A stretch of DNA of 64,000 bases from Vicugna vicugna (lineage: Eukaryota): positions 9,010,184 to 9,074,183 of the forward strand of contig MU058844.1 of assembly GCA_013265495.1 (NCBI GenBank), written 5' to 3'. The translations under genes were made by a program, and so were the position numbers. How positions within the stretch are numbered: position 1 is the first letter of the stretch; each line of letters starts with the position of its first letter. Shown one piece after another: positions 1 to 12,530 of this stretch. The notes beneath the pieces were generated by a model, which saw only the letters and a program-made list of their open reading frames with translations, was not told the DNA's origin and ran no database searches.

Positions 1-839
1 TCTGATGAAGTGAAAGAATGTATCACATTGCACACCCAACCATATTATATGGACCAAATAAATGAAATTAGAAGAGAATTATAATGTAACTTTAAAATTA
101 TGATCCAGGGCTACTGATTTGTAGCACATGATTTATAACTGGAAACCCACCATCCTTCAAGGAGCTTGTTGATTCTGTGTCCAATGATAATTCATTTGGT
201 ATTTCAGGAACATAGTATGTTAGTCAAATCTCAATGTGTGCAGCTTAGTACATTTATAAATTGTTCATATAAACGTTCATACAAATTAGGCTATGGCTTT
301 CCTATAGACACCTTTCCTGAACCCCCAGTGATATTAGAGACATAATTTATGGCCAGACAGTTTGTAAGTACATTTTAGCATAAGTATTAATTCTCTCAGA
401 CCATTAACACTTTTAAGTAAATTACCCATTTAGTGAGCTAAATGCTATGTAATTTGAGAAGTCTCAGTTATGATCTGAAATTATTTAGCTCTGAGTGATG
501 GCCTAGACTTTCTGTATTTTCAGGAATTAGCTTAAATAATAGAGAAAGAAAATTATTACAGCTATTCACCTATGGCAAGACTAACTTTAATGACAGCTAG
601 TGGAAATTGCTGAAATAGTGCTGCTTCCTAGAATAATTGATAGCCTTTGTGATAAGATCTTTGAATAAGAAAGCATTAACTATAACAATTATATAACTTT
701 TTAAGGCAGATTAATTTTAAAGATCCTCTCTACTGTGGTAAGCAGAAAAGAAAATACACAATTATTCTAACCAGAGTGAGTTGGACATTGTTAGCAGATG
801 GGATTTTAAATATTCCTTACAGGTTTTGGGATTGGGGGA

Positions 840-1065
840 TTTTGAGAGTCTGTCCTGTGCTTATCTGGGAATATCCTGATGAATGAAACAGATCTGATTC
901 CTCCACTCACAGAGCTTTCAGTCCAGTTGGCAAATATTATTCAAGTAATCACTCTACATAATGTATAGCTGTAGATCAGGGAAGAATATACAGTTCTATA
1001 AAGGCATATAAGAATGACTTTCCTTTTGTTTGGAGAGGGGATAGAAAAGGCTTCCATAGATGAAC
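840..1065 (-). mobile_element. L2 LINE 3' fragment (degraded)
   Basis: Resembles the antisense L2 3' end (...gatgaatgaaacagatctgattcctccactcacagagctttcagtccagttgg...ggcttccatag). Confidence 0.5.
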
Positions 1066-1283
1066 ATAATTATATTCCTCTTGACCACAAATCTGGTTTC
1101 TCCTAATTCTCTAGCAGTCTCTGTAATCACAATTTAGTGGTAAATTGAGTTGATATTACCAGGGATGAAAATCTAAATGTGAATAGGCATGGAAACTTAT
1201 CAGAGTAACTAAGGTTGCAAGAATATTCAGTTAGGATTTACATTGAAATGGTTAGATAACCTTAACTTTATTTTGTGAAAAAG

Positions 1284-1285
<2 letters not shown>

Positions 1286-1322
<37 letters not shown>
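1286..1322. repeat. (TG)18 microsatellite
   Basis: Perfect TG run read directly from the sequence. Confidence 0.98.
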
Positions 1323-1324
<2 letters not shown>

Positions 1325-3329
1325 ATAAGTTTTGGAGTCACAGAGACCTGATAAACCACTTCTTATTTAATACCTTCTTTGTCCTTTGACAATCTCATTG
1401 AGGAAAAAATTTAAAAAGTAGGAGCCATCAGGGTAACTCAGGTCATTTATATAAATATAAAAATTTTTTTAGCAGTTTAAAACATTAAGAGCTGCTGGTT
1501 CAAAATTATATTGAATATGAAAATTAGATAATCTGCCATATTCGTGCTAATAGAAAATACAAATATAAATGCAAGAAGTACAAGATGTATCTATTTTGAA
1601 AAATAGCTCAACTCCATCAAGCTATTAATTTGCTAATTTGGGCTCTAGTCTCTTTCTTGTCCTTTATGAAATTAATTGTAGTGTTTGTGTTTTGCCAAAC
1701 AATCAGTGAAAAGATTAAATAACAGAAACCCATGACTAAAGAACTATTTGTTTTCTCCTAATGAAAGTCTCTCACTGTCTGAAAATTGTGCCTATTAAGA
1801 TTTATAGATTATCAATTCAAAGAATCTTAGATTAATGAGGCATAATCCCTTTTGGGAAAAATAGGAAAATAATTAATGCCAATGTTATTCCTTAGTTGTA
1901 GTTATCATATTCAATGAGATTTCATTTAACTAAAAACATGTGATAATGATTTTATATACATTATTACATGTTACACTGTAATACTATCCTATGTTACATA
2001 CCATATAGTCTAAATTGGAATTAATTTGAATCCTTTCTGTTTTGAAATCATGGAAATAGCATTTTCAATTAAGATTATTTTATATGCATTTCTCACAACA
2101 TGTAGTATGTAGCACAGGATATTAGAAAAGGTGTTAAAAATTTTTGTCAAATACATTAGAAAATTATCTATATATAGATATAGGTAGGTATAGATATATA
2201 TAAATCGAGAGAGACTGAGATTTTTTTTCAGAGCTTTTAATCTTCTAGTGTATTTAATGAATGTCTAAAAAGCAGAAATGTAGCATTTCAGAATTTACAT
2301 GACCATAAAACCCTGTGTTTTTAAACTATTTAGAGGAGCATTCTTTGGGAAATGCTATTCTAATTCAAATACACTCCCTTAAGATTTGTTCATAAACCAT
2401 AGCCTTCGATCTTATTTACCAAAGAATTTCTACCTTTAAAGATGGGGAAAAGAGCCTTAGTTACTTGAATATCCACCCAGCCTTATCACTAAGAATTTGA
2501 AATGAACTCACATGGTACCGAACAAGAAAAACCCTGGCATACATTCCGAACAATCTTCAGTCATTGTGCTAAAAAATTTGTGTAGTTCTTTAGTCATGGT
2601 TTTCCATTATTTAATCTTTTCACTGATAATTCGGCAAAACACAAAACAACAATTTCATAAATGACAATAAGAATGAGAAAAAGGTAGAGCACAAATTAGC
2701 AAATCAGTAACTTGATAGGGGTTTGTCATCAAACAGAAGTGTGGAAATATGAACCACTTTTAATGAATGCTTTTAAAGGTTGTTTGATTCAGTTTATCTA
2801 CCTCCTATACTAATTTTCGGGACTGGTAAGACATCAAGCAAAAACCTTACCAATAGCAATCAACCAATTTAGAGAGAAATTCCACATATAGCATGAGACC
2901 TGGGAAAATTGTATCAACTCAGTTATATGTTCTTTCTTCATATGTTTATTCACATATTTTCCTTCACTCCCTCATGTATACTAATGACATAGCAAAGGCT
3001 TCTTGACTTTATTTCTAACTTTTAGTTCTACTGAAGAACTATCCCATATTCATATCAAGATTAGCTCAATTTAAACGCCAAATTAAAAACCACCATTCAA
3101 TAGTACTCTAGCACTGCACTGTGGAGCTACCTCAGCCAGAATCCTCATAGTTCATTGGAACCAAATTCTGAACAGGAAGCTTGTTTCTTTTTGAATCCTC
3201 CAAGTACTGTTTACTTCCACTGTCTACTTAGATCTTCAAAATGTACCTACCTTCTGGCTAACTGTATCACATTATTATGTATATACCTTGTCAAAGATAT
3301 CCCATTACTATTTTTCCAAATAAATTAAT

Positions 3330-3645
3330 TTCATGCTTTTACAAATGCTCTTCTCTAGTCCAGGAATGCCTTAACTTCCCACCCAAGTGCCTAAGGAGTT
3401 CTTACCCATTCCTGAAGACTTAGCTCAGATCAGATACTTCCTTATGTTGTGAATCCTCCCCTTGACCTCATGAGCTCTATGACCTCTGGATTTTCCCTGC
3501 TTCTTAAGCACTCCATGCAGCCCTAATACAGCACTCAATGCATCATATGTAATCTTTTTCACTTCTCTATCTTCATGGCTAGACTGTGAATTTTGAAAGG
3601 GCAAAAATTTGTCATTTACTCTGTATAATCTCCTTTGTCTAGTAA
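3330..3645 (+). mobile_element. L2 LINE 3' fragment
   Basis: L2 3'-region motifs such as cccattcctgaagacttagctcaga and ctagactgtgaattttgaaagggcaaaaatttgtc. Confidence 0.6.
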
Positions 3646-4275
3646 TAATTAATTGGTCTATTTACTGAGGATTAAAGATTTAAAATGTTTTTATACTAAA
3701 GTATTTGTTTTACCAAAAGGTTCACAAACTTGTGTCAGAAAGAAAACTGTCTTTGTTTCAGAATGTATCTTAATGGCTTAGTTTTTTGTTAAGATAAAAT
3801 GCTCTAAGGCTGCTTCAGGATTGACAGAGACAAGTAAATTGATTTACATAATAAGTTAATTGAGATCTGTGGGTGTGGAGAGAAAATAACAGAGACCCCA
3901 GCAGGAATATGGTCAGCTGGTCAGCAACAAATTCACAGTGATGTGGAGAAGTAGTGATTAAAATAACATTTCAGAATAAGAAAGCTTTATACTCAGATTA
4001 CTATTATTTATTCTGTTGTTACTATGCATTCCTATTATTTATTCTGAGATTACTATTATTATTCATTAAACAGGCAAATGCCTTATGTGAATGATATTTT
4101 AAGACTATTTAAGGGAAAAGGGCCACATTCAAGGATTCAGTGAGACAAAAACTTTGAAGTGAAGAGGCTGTTGTGAGAATGAACAATCTCTTATTTTTAA
4201 AAACATCAAGGGGGAAGGTGTTGGACTTCCCATAGGACATGATATGGAATAACCATCAGTATTATTTAAATCTCA

Positions 4276-4530
4276 GTGTCATTCTAAGTGAAGTAAGCCA
4301 GGAAGAGAAAGAAAAATGCCATATGAGATCGTTCATATGTGGAATCTAAAAAAAACAAAACAAAACAAACAAAGCATAAACACAAAACAGAAACAGACTC
4401 ATAGACATAGAATACAAACTTGTGGTTGCCAAGAATGTTCATGTATAACTGAAAAATTGTGCTGTACACTGGAATTTGACACAACATTGTAAAATGATTA
4501 TAAATCAATAAAAAATGTTTAAAAATATTT
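4276..4530 (+). mobile_element. Young L1 3' end (cetartiodactyl/camelid-type), 5'-truncated and internally deleted
   Basis: gtcattctaagtgaagtaagccag...acagactcatagacatag...ttgtggttgccaag is clearly homologous to 38118-38264 in this window. It ends in AATAAA plus an A-rich tail and is flanked by the direct repeat tttaaatctca (4265-4275 and 4531-4541). Confidence 0.9.
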
Positions 4531-5971
4531 TTTAAATCTCAAAGTGGAAAAGACTTCAGTTGACATCTAGGTCATATTTTTATACAAGCTAAAATTCCTG
4601 TCAGTTGCTCTAGTGTCTAGTGTATATCATTAGATATCTTAAATGTAGAATTTCTTTCTTAGAATGCACTAATTCCTCACTTGTAAATTCAAATACTATT
4701 TCCAATTATGAATGGTAGTGACTGGTATTTTTCCAAAAGCATATAACTCTCATGCAACATCTTTAAAGGACAGAAGGGTCTAGGAAGATAGAGGCAAACT
4801 AGAACTGTATATAAATGAAAGCAATAATAAATATATGTGGCAATGCTCCTTCCAGAGTGGCATGTGTTTTTAAAGGATGCAGTCGGGTTGGGACAGATGG
4901 GAGAATATGATTCACTACTTGTGTGGAGGCAAGCTATGGCTCAGAGACACTGATTTCCTGCTATTTATTTCTCTTGTGGGAAATCAAGCTTCCTTATAGT
5001 TTTGCTAATAAAAAGCTTACCAACTAAACCTTGGAATGACACAAATATTTTCTTTGCAACTGTAATAGTATAGCTCTATAATAAGCACCTGCAGGCTCTT
5101 TGTGTAAAATCATGTTATCTATTGTAACATTAGTTTAATGACTGCTCTCATAATTTCTAACTGAGACTACAGAAGTCATAAATTAATGTTGCTATTATTT
5201 AAAGGAAAATAAATATCCTAATTCTCTTCTCATTTCTTTTTTAAAGTGAGAATAGTCTTAGATTAAAAACCATAACAGAATTCTGGTTCATTTCCTTATT
5301 ACATATTTCCTAGGTGCTTGTTATTGTTGCTTTAATTAGAGATAAGTTATTATTCCTATTTTCCTTGTTAAAACATTAGTCACATGGAATTTACATAGTT
5401 TGTCAAAGAATCTTATAGAAAATCATGGTGGAATATAGCTCACATCTACAATTCTCTTTGTTCTTTCTCTAATTCTGTTACCTCTCTAATTAACCACGTC
5501 ACTGATTCATTTACAAGTTAGTCAGCAAGTTAACAGTTACCGTAAAATGAAGAGTATATAATTTTGTTTTAGACTGAGGCCCAGAAGTAGACTTTTGATA
5601 CCTAGATTTGATATCATTCAAAATGTATGATTGATCAATGGGTTTCTGGGTAATAAAATAAAATGCAAATGAAACTTGTACAGTATAACTTAGATTTGTA
5701 GCTAATTTGAAGTGAGCATAATTCCGTAAAGTGAGCACAATTTCCATAAAAGATAAATGCAGTTTGTCATGGACAAATAATTTTACTGCCAACACCAAAA
5801 TCTAGGCACTGGAAAATATTATTCTCTTTTCCTTTCCATCACACCCACCCCCAGCATCTGCCACACTTCTCACTGCCAGGCTTAGGGCATGATTAGGAAT
5901 GGAAAAGTCACAACCTGCTAACTCTTTCCATACTGCAGAAGAAAGCAACTGCAGGCTCAGAAGCTTCTGGA

Positions 5972-6320
5972 CCAGTGGTGTTCAAACTTCCTAGACACTA
6001 CAACCCTGACTTATAATAAATCCAGTGCTTTCCAATGTGATGCTCTTTTTACTTTCTAAAGTGAAATTCATATAGAATATAATAACGTATAAATATGTAG
6101 TTTTTAAAAAGTCAATATAATACTCGAACTGATGGATAAAAGAAATGTAAAAGTTAATGCATAATAAATGGCATATACATTAATATGTAAATGTTCAGGC
6201 AAGTCCAGATATAATTAATTTATTAAATGCCTTTCTTATATATAGGTTCTTTGTGTATGTGACATATGACGTATGTTGTATTGGTGACTTGAATCTTTTG
6301 TCGTTAGGCTTTCCAAAATA
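5972..6320. mobile_element. Possible hAT-Charlie DNA transposon fragment
   Basis: Starts with cagtggtgttcaaact, resembling the Charlie/MER5 terminal inverted repeat CAGTGGTTCTCAAACT; AT-rich interior; other end not found. Confidence 0.3.
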
Positions 6321-6339
6321 TTTTCAAATAAAATAGGGT

Positions 6340-7222
6340 CTGGTCAGTATTCTGTTTACTACTGGAGTATCATTACTTCTAGTCCATCTCAGATAAAAGA
6401 GCAATTAAATATATGTACACTAATTTATCTATCCACAAAGATATCTATCTAGATAGCCACCTAGAGAAATACAGCTAGCTAGCTAAATAGGTAGATAATG
6501 TAGATAGATAAACCTGTATTAGTACCCTGTGGCTGCTATAACAAATTGCTACAAACTGGATAGCATTAAAAAAGAAAAAAAAAAAAAACAGAAATATATT
6601 CTTTCACAGCCTGGAAGCTAGAAGTCCCAAATTGAGGCAAGTTCAAAATTGAGGCAGAGCCACACTCTGTCCCAAGGCTCTAAGGGAGAATTTATTCCTT
6701 GCCTCTTCCAGGTTTTGGTGGTTCTAAGCATTCCTTGGCTTTTGGCCACATCAATCTCTGCTTCTGTGGTCTCATTGCTGCCTCCTCTTTTGCCTCAAAA
6801 CTTCCTCTGCTCTTCTTATTACGATATATGTGATTGCGTTTAGGGCCACCAAAATAAACTAGAATAAGCTCCTCTCAAGATTTTTTAACTTAATTACATC
6901 TTTTGCCTAATAAGGTAATATTCACTCTTTTGCCATGTAAGGTAACATTCATAGATTCTAGGGATTAGGACGAACACATCTTTTTAGGACTCATTAATTA
7001 TCCCACTACAACATTTCGCTCTCGCTATGTATATTAAGATAAGCATAAATTCATTCTGGTTTCTAACCCTGATTCAGTATCACATTGTTTATTCTATTCT
7101 TCTCCTCTTGGTTCTCTATAACCTCCGGGAGAGAAACCTGCCTGTCACCATCAGCCATCTATTTACTTAATTGTTCAGTTGCTTTATGTATCTAGTGGTT
7201 TCAAAATCGTTAACTTGTAGCC
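6340..7222 (-). mobile_element. L1MC/L1MD-type 3' UTR fragment, split by an MLT1 LTR
   Basis: actggagtatcattacttctagtccatctcag (6361) and gagaaacctg...ccatctatttacttaattgttca...tggtttcaaaatcgttaac (7130-7215) match consecutive parts of the antisense L1MC/D consensus as recalled. Confidence 0.7.
6515..7010 (-). mobile_element. MaLR solo LTR (MLT1C-like)
   Basis: TG...CA termini (tgtattagt...cccactaca) with MLT1 hallmarks ggctgctataacaaattgctacaaactgg, ggctctaagggagaatttattccttgcctcttcc, aaggtaacattcatagattctagggattaggac. Confidence 0.88.
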
Positions 7223-7814
7223 TGGAAAAGTCAACTCCTGAGCAGGTCAACTCACAAAAAAGTACCTTTTTATGCCAAAAGTCTGATCACAGATATACTA
7301 AACACTCAAGATACTATTAGTCTTTTGTTTATTTGATCAGTGTAAGGACAAAATATGATTAATATTAAAAAGGAAACTATTTTGTTGAGCAATAACTTTT
7401 TTTCCCCTCAAGTCTGTTTTATTTTCTACAAAAGAAAATAAAGCCTTTTTCCAGTTCTCATAGATACTGTAAAGATCACATGAGAAGCTACCAAAACAAA
7501 TTTACTGTGTTGTATATTTCTTCTTGGGGTTTATGATTCTCCTTTGGCACTTAATTTCCCACCACAAGAGACAACTCCTCTCATAGGAATCTCTTATATA
7601 AACATTAATTTTTATGTAAAATTATCTTGTACTAGTGGGGACAGCTGTTGAGGGTCTCATGGACAGAATCACCAAATTTGACTATGCCATAGACAATTTC
7701 CTACAGCTGAATTCATCTGAATAGCACTCACTAAAAAAAGAAAACGCCTGCCAATGAACTGTTTATAATGCAAGGGGAAAAAAAGTGGAAAGGGCCTGAT
7801 GTCTCTGTAAAAGA

Positions 7815-8230
7815 ATAAATAAACTGTTTTGCTCTTGTAATAAAAAACTATTTAGCAATGAAAACAAATAAACTACAGCTACAAGTATCCATACTGATGC
7901 ATTTCAAAAACTTAAGTAAAAAAAAACTACGTTACTTATGCAAATTTTAAAATGCAAAATGATACTTTGTTGTTTATAAATATATACCTACGTGTATAAT
8001 ATGCAACAATCCTTACAAGGATAATATACTTTAACCTCAGGATAGTGGTTGTCCTTGGAGAAAGAGACAAAGGAGGACTAGATGTGGAGGTACAGGCTTA
8101 ATCGTATCAGTGACATGTAATTATTTTACCAAAAGAGATCTCAAGTTAATCTGGAAATATGAAACATCTCTAAAACCTTGATAGGTACAGGTTGTCTGTC
8201 ATATTTCTACACTTTTGTATATGTTACTTT
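7815..8230 (+). mobile_element. Old L1 (L1ME-type) 3' end fragment
   Basis: actatttagcaatgaaaacaaataaactacagcta...caggatagtggttgtccttggag...ttctacacttttgtatatg, typical of L1ME 3' UTR. Confidence 0.6.
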
Positions 8231-8272
8231 TGTCAAAATGCACCAAAATATCTTAGAATTCGAAAATGTAAT

Positions 8273-8313
8273 AAATTTTTAATATGGATATTAAAATTTT
8301 TAATATGGATATT
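8273..8313. repeat. 20-bp tandem duplication (aaatttttaatatggatatt x2)
   Basis: Identical copies at 8273-8292 and 8294-8313. Confidence 0.9.
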
Positions 8314-8423
8314 GAGTATGTAAATTTTTTGAATATCTCATTCCCTGTTTTTATCAATGATCACAAAAAGGACTAAATAGACATATGTATTATGCTCTTA
8401 AAAATATTTTTAAAGCTATACTT

Positions 8424-8466
8424 TTAAGAGGCTCATGCTCTGGCGAATGAGCTAGCCAGGCACCGG
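8424..8466 (-). pseudogene. Tailless retropseudogene of the tRNA-Lys(CTT) 5' half
   Basis: Reverse complement reads ccggt-GCCTGGCTAGCTCATTCGCCAGAGCATGAGCCTCTTAA, matching the recalled mammalian tRNA-Lys-CTT 5' end GCCCGGCTAGCTCAGTCGGTAGAGCATGAGACTCTTAA at 33/38. Flanked by perfect 18-bp direct repeats ttaaagctatacttttaa (8410-8427 and 8467-8484). Confidence 0.88.
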
Positions 8467-9446
8467 TTAAAGCTATACTTTTAAAGTATAATATCCTATA
8501 CTTTTAACTCTTGTTAAAGAGCTATACTTATTTAATATTAAATGGTTGATAAATTCCTGTTCAAAATTTCTTTAGCAAGAGATAATTTCTTCTGTCTCTT
8601 TTAATAGCAACTTAAACTTTGCCTAGTTTGGTTTGACAGAGCACTGTCATATGTAAGAGATCCATCTCAGCCCTTATGGTGAGTTTTCAGGGAAGGGTTT
8701 CTAGTTGTCTGCATACTTATTATTGAACATGAGAAGGCTCTGACACAATAAATCACTTTCCCCAAGTTGGATGTTGGGCTAAATTCAAACACAGTTTTTT
8801 TCCATTCTTAATTGCTAACCCTTATAATAAATCTTTTTATCTCCCTTAAAAATTAAACTTCAAAAAGTCTGTCAGGTATTTACTCCCTTATTTGTGTGTT
8901 TATTCTCTTGTCATTTTATTTGGTTTGTTAAGGCTTTAGTCAGGCAGGAGTGGTAGTTGATGAGAAGTATAGAACCTCTGGAAAAAAAGGCAATTAGCAC
9001 AAACTTCTACTGGTTCCTTTCTCTCTCTCTCTCCCTCCCCTCTTGCCTCTCCTCACAGTGGGAATTCATCTGGGTAAACAAGTCCCTCTTTTGAAATGCT
9101 AATTATCCCTGGATGGGTAAAACCTTAGTTAAATTATAGTTGCTTTAATCAGATTTAAGGGAAAGACTTTGAAATTAGTGAAATCAACTTGGGAGGATAA
9201 AACTTGCTCCAAGCAGTCATGCCTAAAAGAAATGGAAAATGAGAAAATAAGGAATATGAAAGTAAATAAAGGCATTCATCTAAGTGTGGTAGCATCCTGG
9301 AGCACTAGAATGTGAGTGACTATTTAGTGCTATATCTAGTGAAGCGTCGGGTTCTTCACAGAGGCTCAGTGACAGTTTTTTTGGACATGTAAGAGGATCA
9401 ATGCAACGTCCTTCATTTTTATCCCAAATCCAACTGTCCATCTATG

Positions 9447-9625
9447 CAGTTGTTCTGAAACTTAAGCACCATCAGAATCCTCTGGAAGAGTCACTAGAAC
9501 TCAAATTGCTGAGCATGACCCTGAAGCTACTGATTCCTTGAGGCGTGGGTAGGGCCAAAGAATTGCATCTCTAAGGAATTCCCTTGTGATGCTGTCAGTG
9601 CTAGTTGAGGGAAAACCTTGCTAAA
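9447..9625. mobile_element. MER5A-like hAT-Charlie MITE
   Basis: cagttgttctgaaactt...catcagaatc...ttgctgagc...ctgattc...ggtagggccaaagaattgcatctctaa...gtgatgctg follows the MER5A consensus layout. Confidence 0.75.
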
Positions 9626-9709
9626 GTCTCTCTCCTGCTTCACTGATTCTTACTTTTCAATTTCTTTTCTTGGTGTGTCCTCTTCTCCACACCACTTCAT
9701 ACTTCCGCG

Positions 9710-10210
9710 TTGATAACAGACTGTAGAGGGACCTGGGTAGAAGCAGGATTTAGAGTGGATAATTGGAAGACTATTGCCATAATCCAGATGAGAGATGATT
9801 GCTCAGACTAAATGGTAACAGTGTAAGATGTGGTCAGATTTCTGAATGGATTGTATTGTACAAAAGAGAGAAATCAAGAATGATTTAAAACTTTATACAC
9901 TAATCCATTTGAAGAATTGAAGAGCCATCAACTAAAATGGGAAAGTCTCTGAGGGGAGCAGTTTGGAAGCAAAGTTCAAGAGTTCTATTGACATGTCAAG
10001 CATGAGGTATGATACCTGTTACAAACAGAAATTGAGAGGTTGGGTAGGCATTTGGCTGTATGTGTGGAGTTCAGGAGAGAAATCTGGGCAGGAAATATAT
10101 ATTTGAGAGTCCTTGGTTTACAAATGGCATTTAAAGCCATGAGATTGCATGACACTTGATGATATCACCAGGTGACCAAGGACTGGGCTCTGGTGTTCCA
10201 GTATGAAGTG
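9710..10210 (-). mobile_element. L2 LINE fragment
   Basis: gaagactattgccataatccagatgagagatga...gaaatcaagaatga...ggagttcaggagagaaatctgggc...atggcatttaaagccatgagattg, the classic antisense L2 body. Confidence 0.8.
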
Positions 10211-11259
10211 GTGTGATTTCATATATAAAAGATAGATTTATACTGAGCTACAACAAGGGCCACATGAATGAAAGAGTTTTCTAAGATATAAGTCTTATCA
10301 TAGAACTTGAATTTTCATACAATTCCTACATATGAAAGAGAATAATAAGTTCTGTAAATTTCCTTATTTCCTAACAATGAATGTCTTCTTGTTCTTGAGC
10401 CTTCATTCCCTCGTTTGAAGTAATATGTGATAGTGTCATAAAGAAGACCAAAATGAATAACTTTCACATAATTATTCAGTTTTTTGGGAAGATGGGATGG
10501 GAGAGGGGTTCTGTGCTCATGAACTTTCTTTCTTACCTCCTTGCCAAGATAGTATCTGGATAGGGAGGAAATCTTAGGTATTTTTATGACATTGAATTAG
10601 ATTTTCTTCATTTTAGGTTTCTCATCATAATCTCATGGCATCAGCTACAGTGAAATCTTACCTTCCAGAAAACTGGACACCATGACCTGGTGTCCATTAC
10701 AGTGTGGCTGATCCCATCTGATTATTCGTCTTGTTCTGGAACAGTGCTGATGATAGTAGACCTGATCTTGCCCAAAATCTGGGACACTCTTATCTTTAAC
10801 TCAGGCCTCTTGAAATCTACCAGCATTCTCACAACTTCTATACATTCTTTGGTGCTCATTGCCCTGAAGATTTCAACTAAGTATGTCATACTTCAGGTTG
10901 TTGTTTTAATGCACTTCAAATGTATTTACATCAGTTTGGTGATAAGCCTAGACTACAATTATCAACATATAATTTTGATTTACCATAGCAATATTTGTGA
11001 TGAGTAAACACTAAAAAGTCAACATTTTTCTATAACATAAGTGTTTTAGTGTTGAGGACTTATTAGAGAGTGTTTATTCCTTGTTCTTCATTTATGGGTA
11101 AAAAGTCTAAAGTACAAAAAGTTATAATTATTTGGTGAAAGATAAAAAAAAATTTTTCAGAGAAATAAGTTGAATTATTTTCCTACTATATCATTCTCCA
11201 AGGGAAATTTTTCAGTTTTCTTGTATCCAGGAAATGGAGGTAATTATTTTATAATGTGC

Positions 11260-11900
11260 CTGGAATTCAACAAGGCAACTACAAAGTCAAAGGTATAAGA
11301 CAACACCCCTGACTTCCAGAAAACCATCATATGGCAGGAGAGACAGATAATGAAATAACTACACTAGAGAAGATATGATGATAGTGTAAGCAGAGTATAC
11401 CATGAAATCACAGAAAAGGGAAACAAAATGCAACATCAAAGGATCAGAAACTTCCAGGGTAAGTTAAGGTTTGGATGGAATTTTGAATAATGAAGAGTTC
11501 CCTAGACTATGAATGGATCAGTTTTAGTCAAACTGCAGAAAAACAAAACAAAACAAACAAAGGATGAGGGAGAAGATAACAATATTTGGCAACCAGCGAG
11601 TGATCGGAATGATTGACATATTGACATGTGAGGATATGGCAAGATTTGAGAGAGAAAGGAAGAAGACCTACATTCCCACAAACCGTGTAGGATATAAGAG
11701 GGATAGATTTTTCTCCTGAGAGTACTGGGGAGGTTCTGAAGTTTTGTTTTGCTTTGCTTTGCTTAAAGGAGAATGGCACAACAGGGTGGACTGAAATGGA
11801 GTAAGACTGGAGGAAAGGAAGTGAATTCAACAGCTAGAATAATAATCAGATTGGTAAGAAATAATGAGAACAACAGAAGCTGAAAATTAGAAAGAAACTC
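11260..11900 (-). mobile_element. L2 LINE fragments (degraded)
   Basis: Purine-rich antisense L2-like segments (ggcaggagagacagataa..., gatagatttttctcctgagagtactgggg). Confidence 0.45.
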
Positions 11901-11989
11901 AGAGGTCAACTCCCAGGTTTATGATACCACTCCTGGAAATAACTGAGAATTAATTAGGTGGATGTTAAGTAAGAAAATAAATGTAATGG

Positions 11990-12530
11990 ACATATTTCCT
12001 GGGAATTGTGCTGCTCAGTTTCCTAAAAGGTCAGCGTTATCTTTAATTCAGTCCTGTCTCCTGAGCCACAACCTTTGGCCACAGTTTGATCAAAAAAGCA
12101 ATAAAAGCAGCCATGACATTTGCTGGAGAGAACCTTATGACTGGGTGGTTTGGCTTGAACAGATGAGTTAATCCAATCAAATCAGAGATTTAGAGATTGT
12201 TACCAGTGAGCTGTAGACTTTACAGCTGGAAAACTGTACCCGTAGGTTCTCTGGTGGATATTTTCAGGATCCTGCAAACTGATGACTAAGCCAATTTGTA
12301 GAGAAAAGAGGATAACAGACATAAAAAAGGAAAATGAGTTAGAATTATGCAGTCCCTGAGAGACTGTTCATGCAACTCAGCTCCAGAAGGCCTGCCAGTT
12401 CTCATAAAGTCAGGTCCTTTCACTCCCATCCTTGGATTCTGTGAGGTCCTTTAAACTGTTAGACGTTATACTCCCTGTTACTGATCTAGTTCACATGCAT
12501 CTGTTGCTTGCAACTAAAGAAGCACTGGAT
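11990..12530 (+). mobile_element. Old ERVL/MaLR-class solo LTR
   Basis: Ends with the old-LTR terminal motif tctgttgcttgcaactaaaga; internal ccaatca and ccttggattctgtgag motifs. Confidence 0.5.

Noticed and set aside
8424..8466. Functional tRNA gene
   Set aside because: Only the 5' half is present; there is no T-arm/B-box or 3' acceptor strand, and the A-box/D-loop is mutated.
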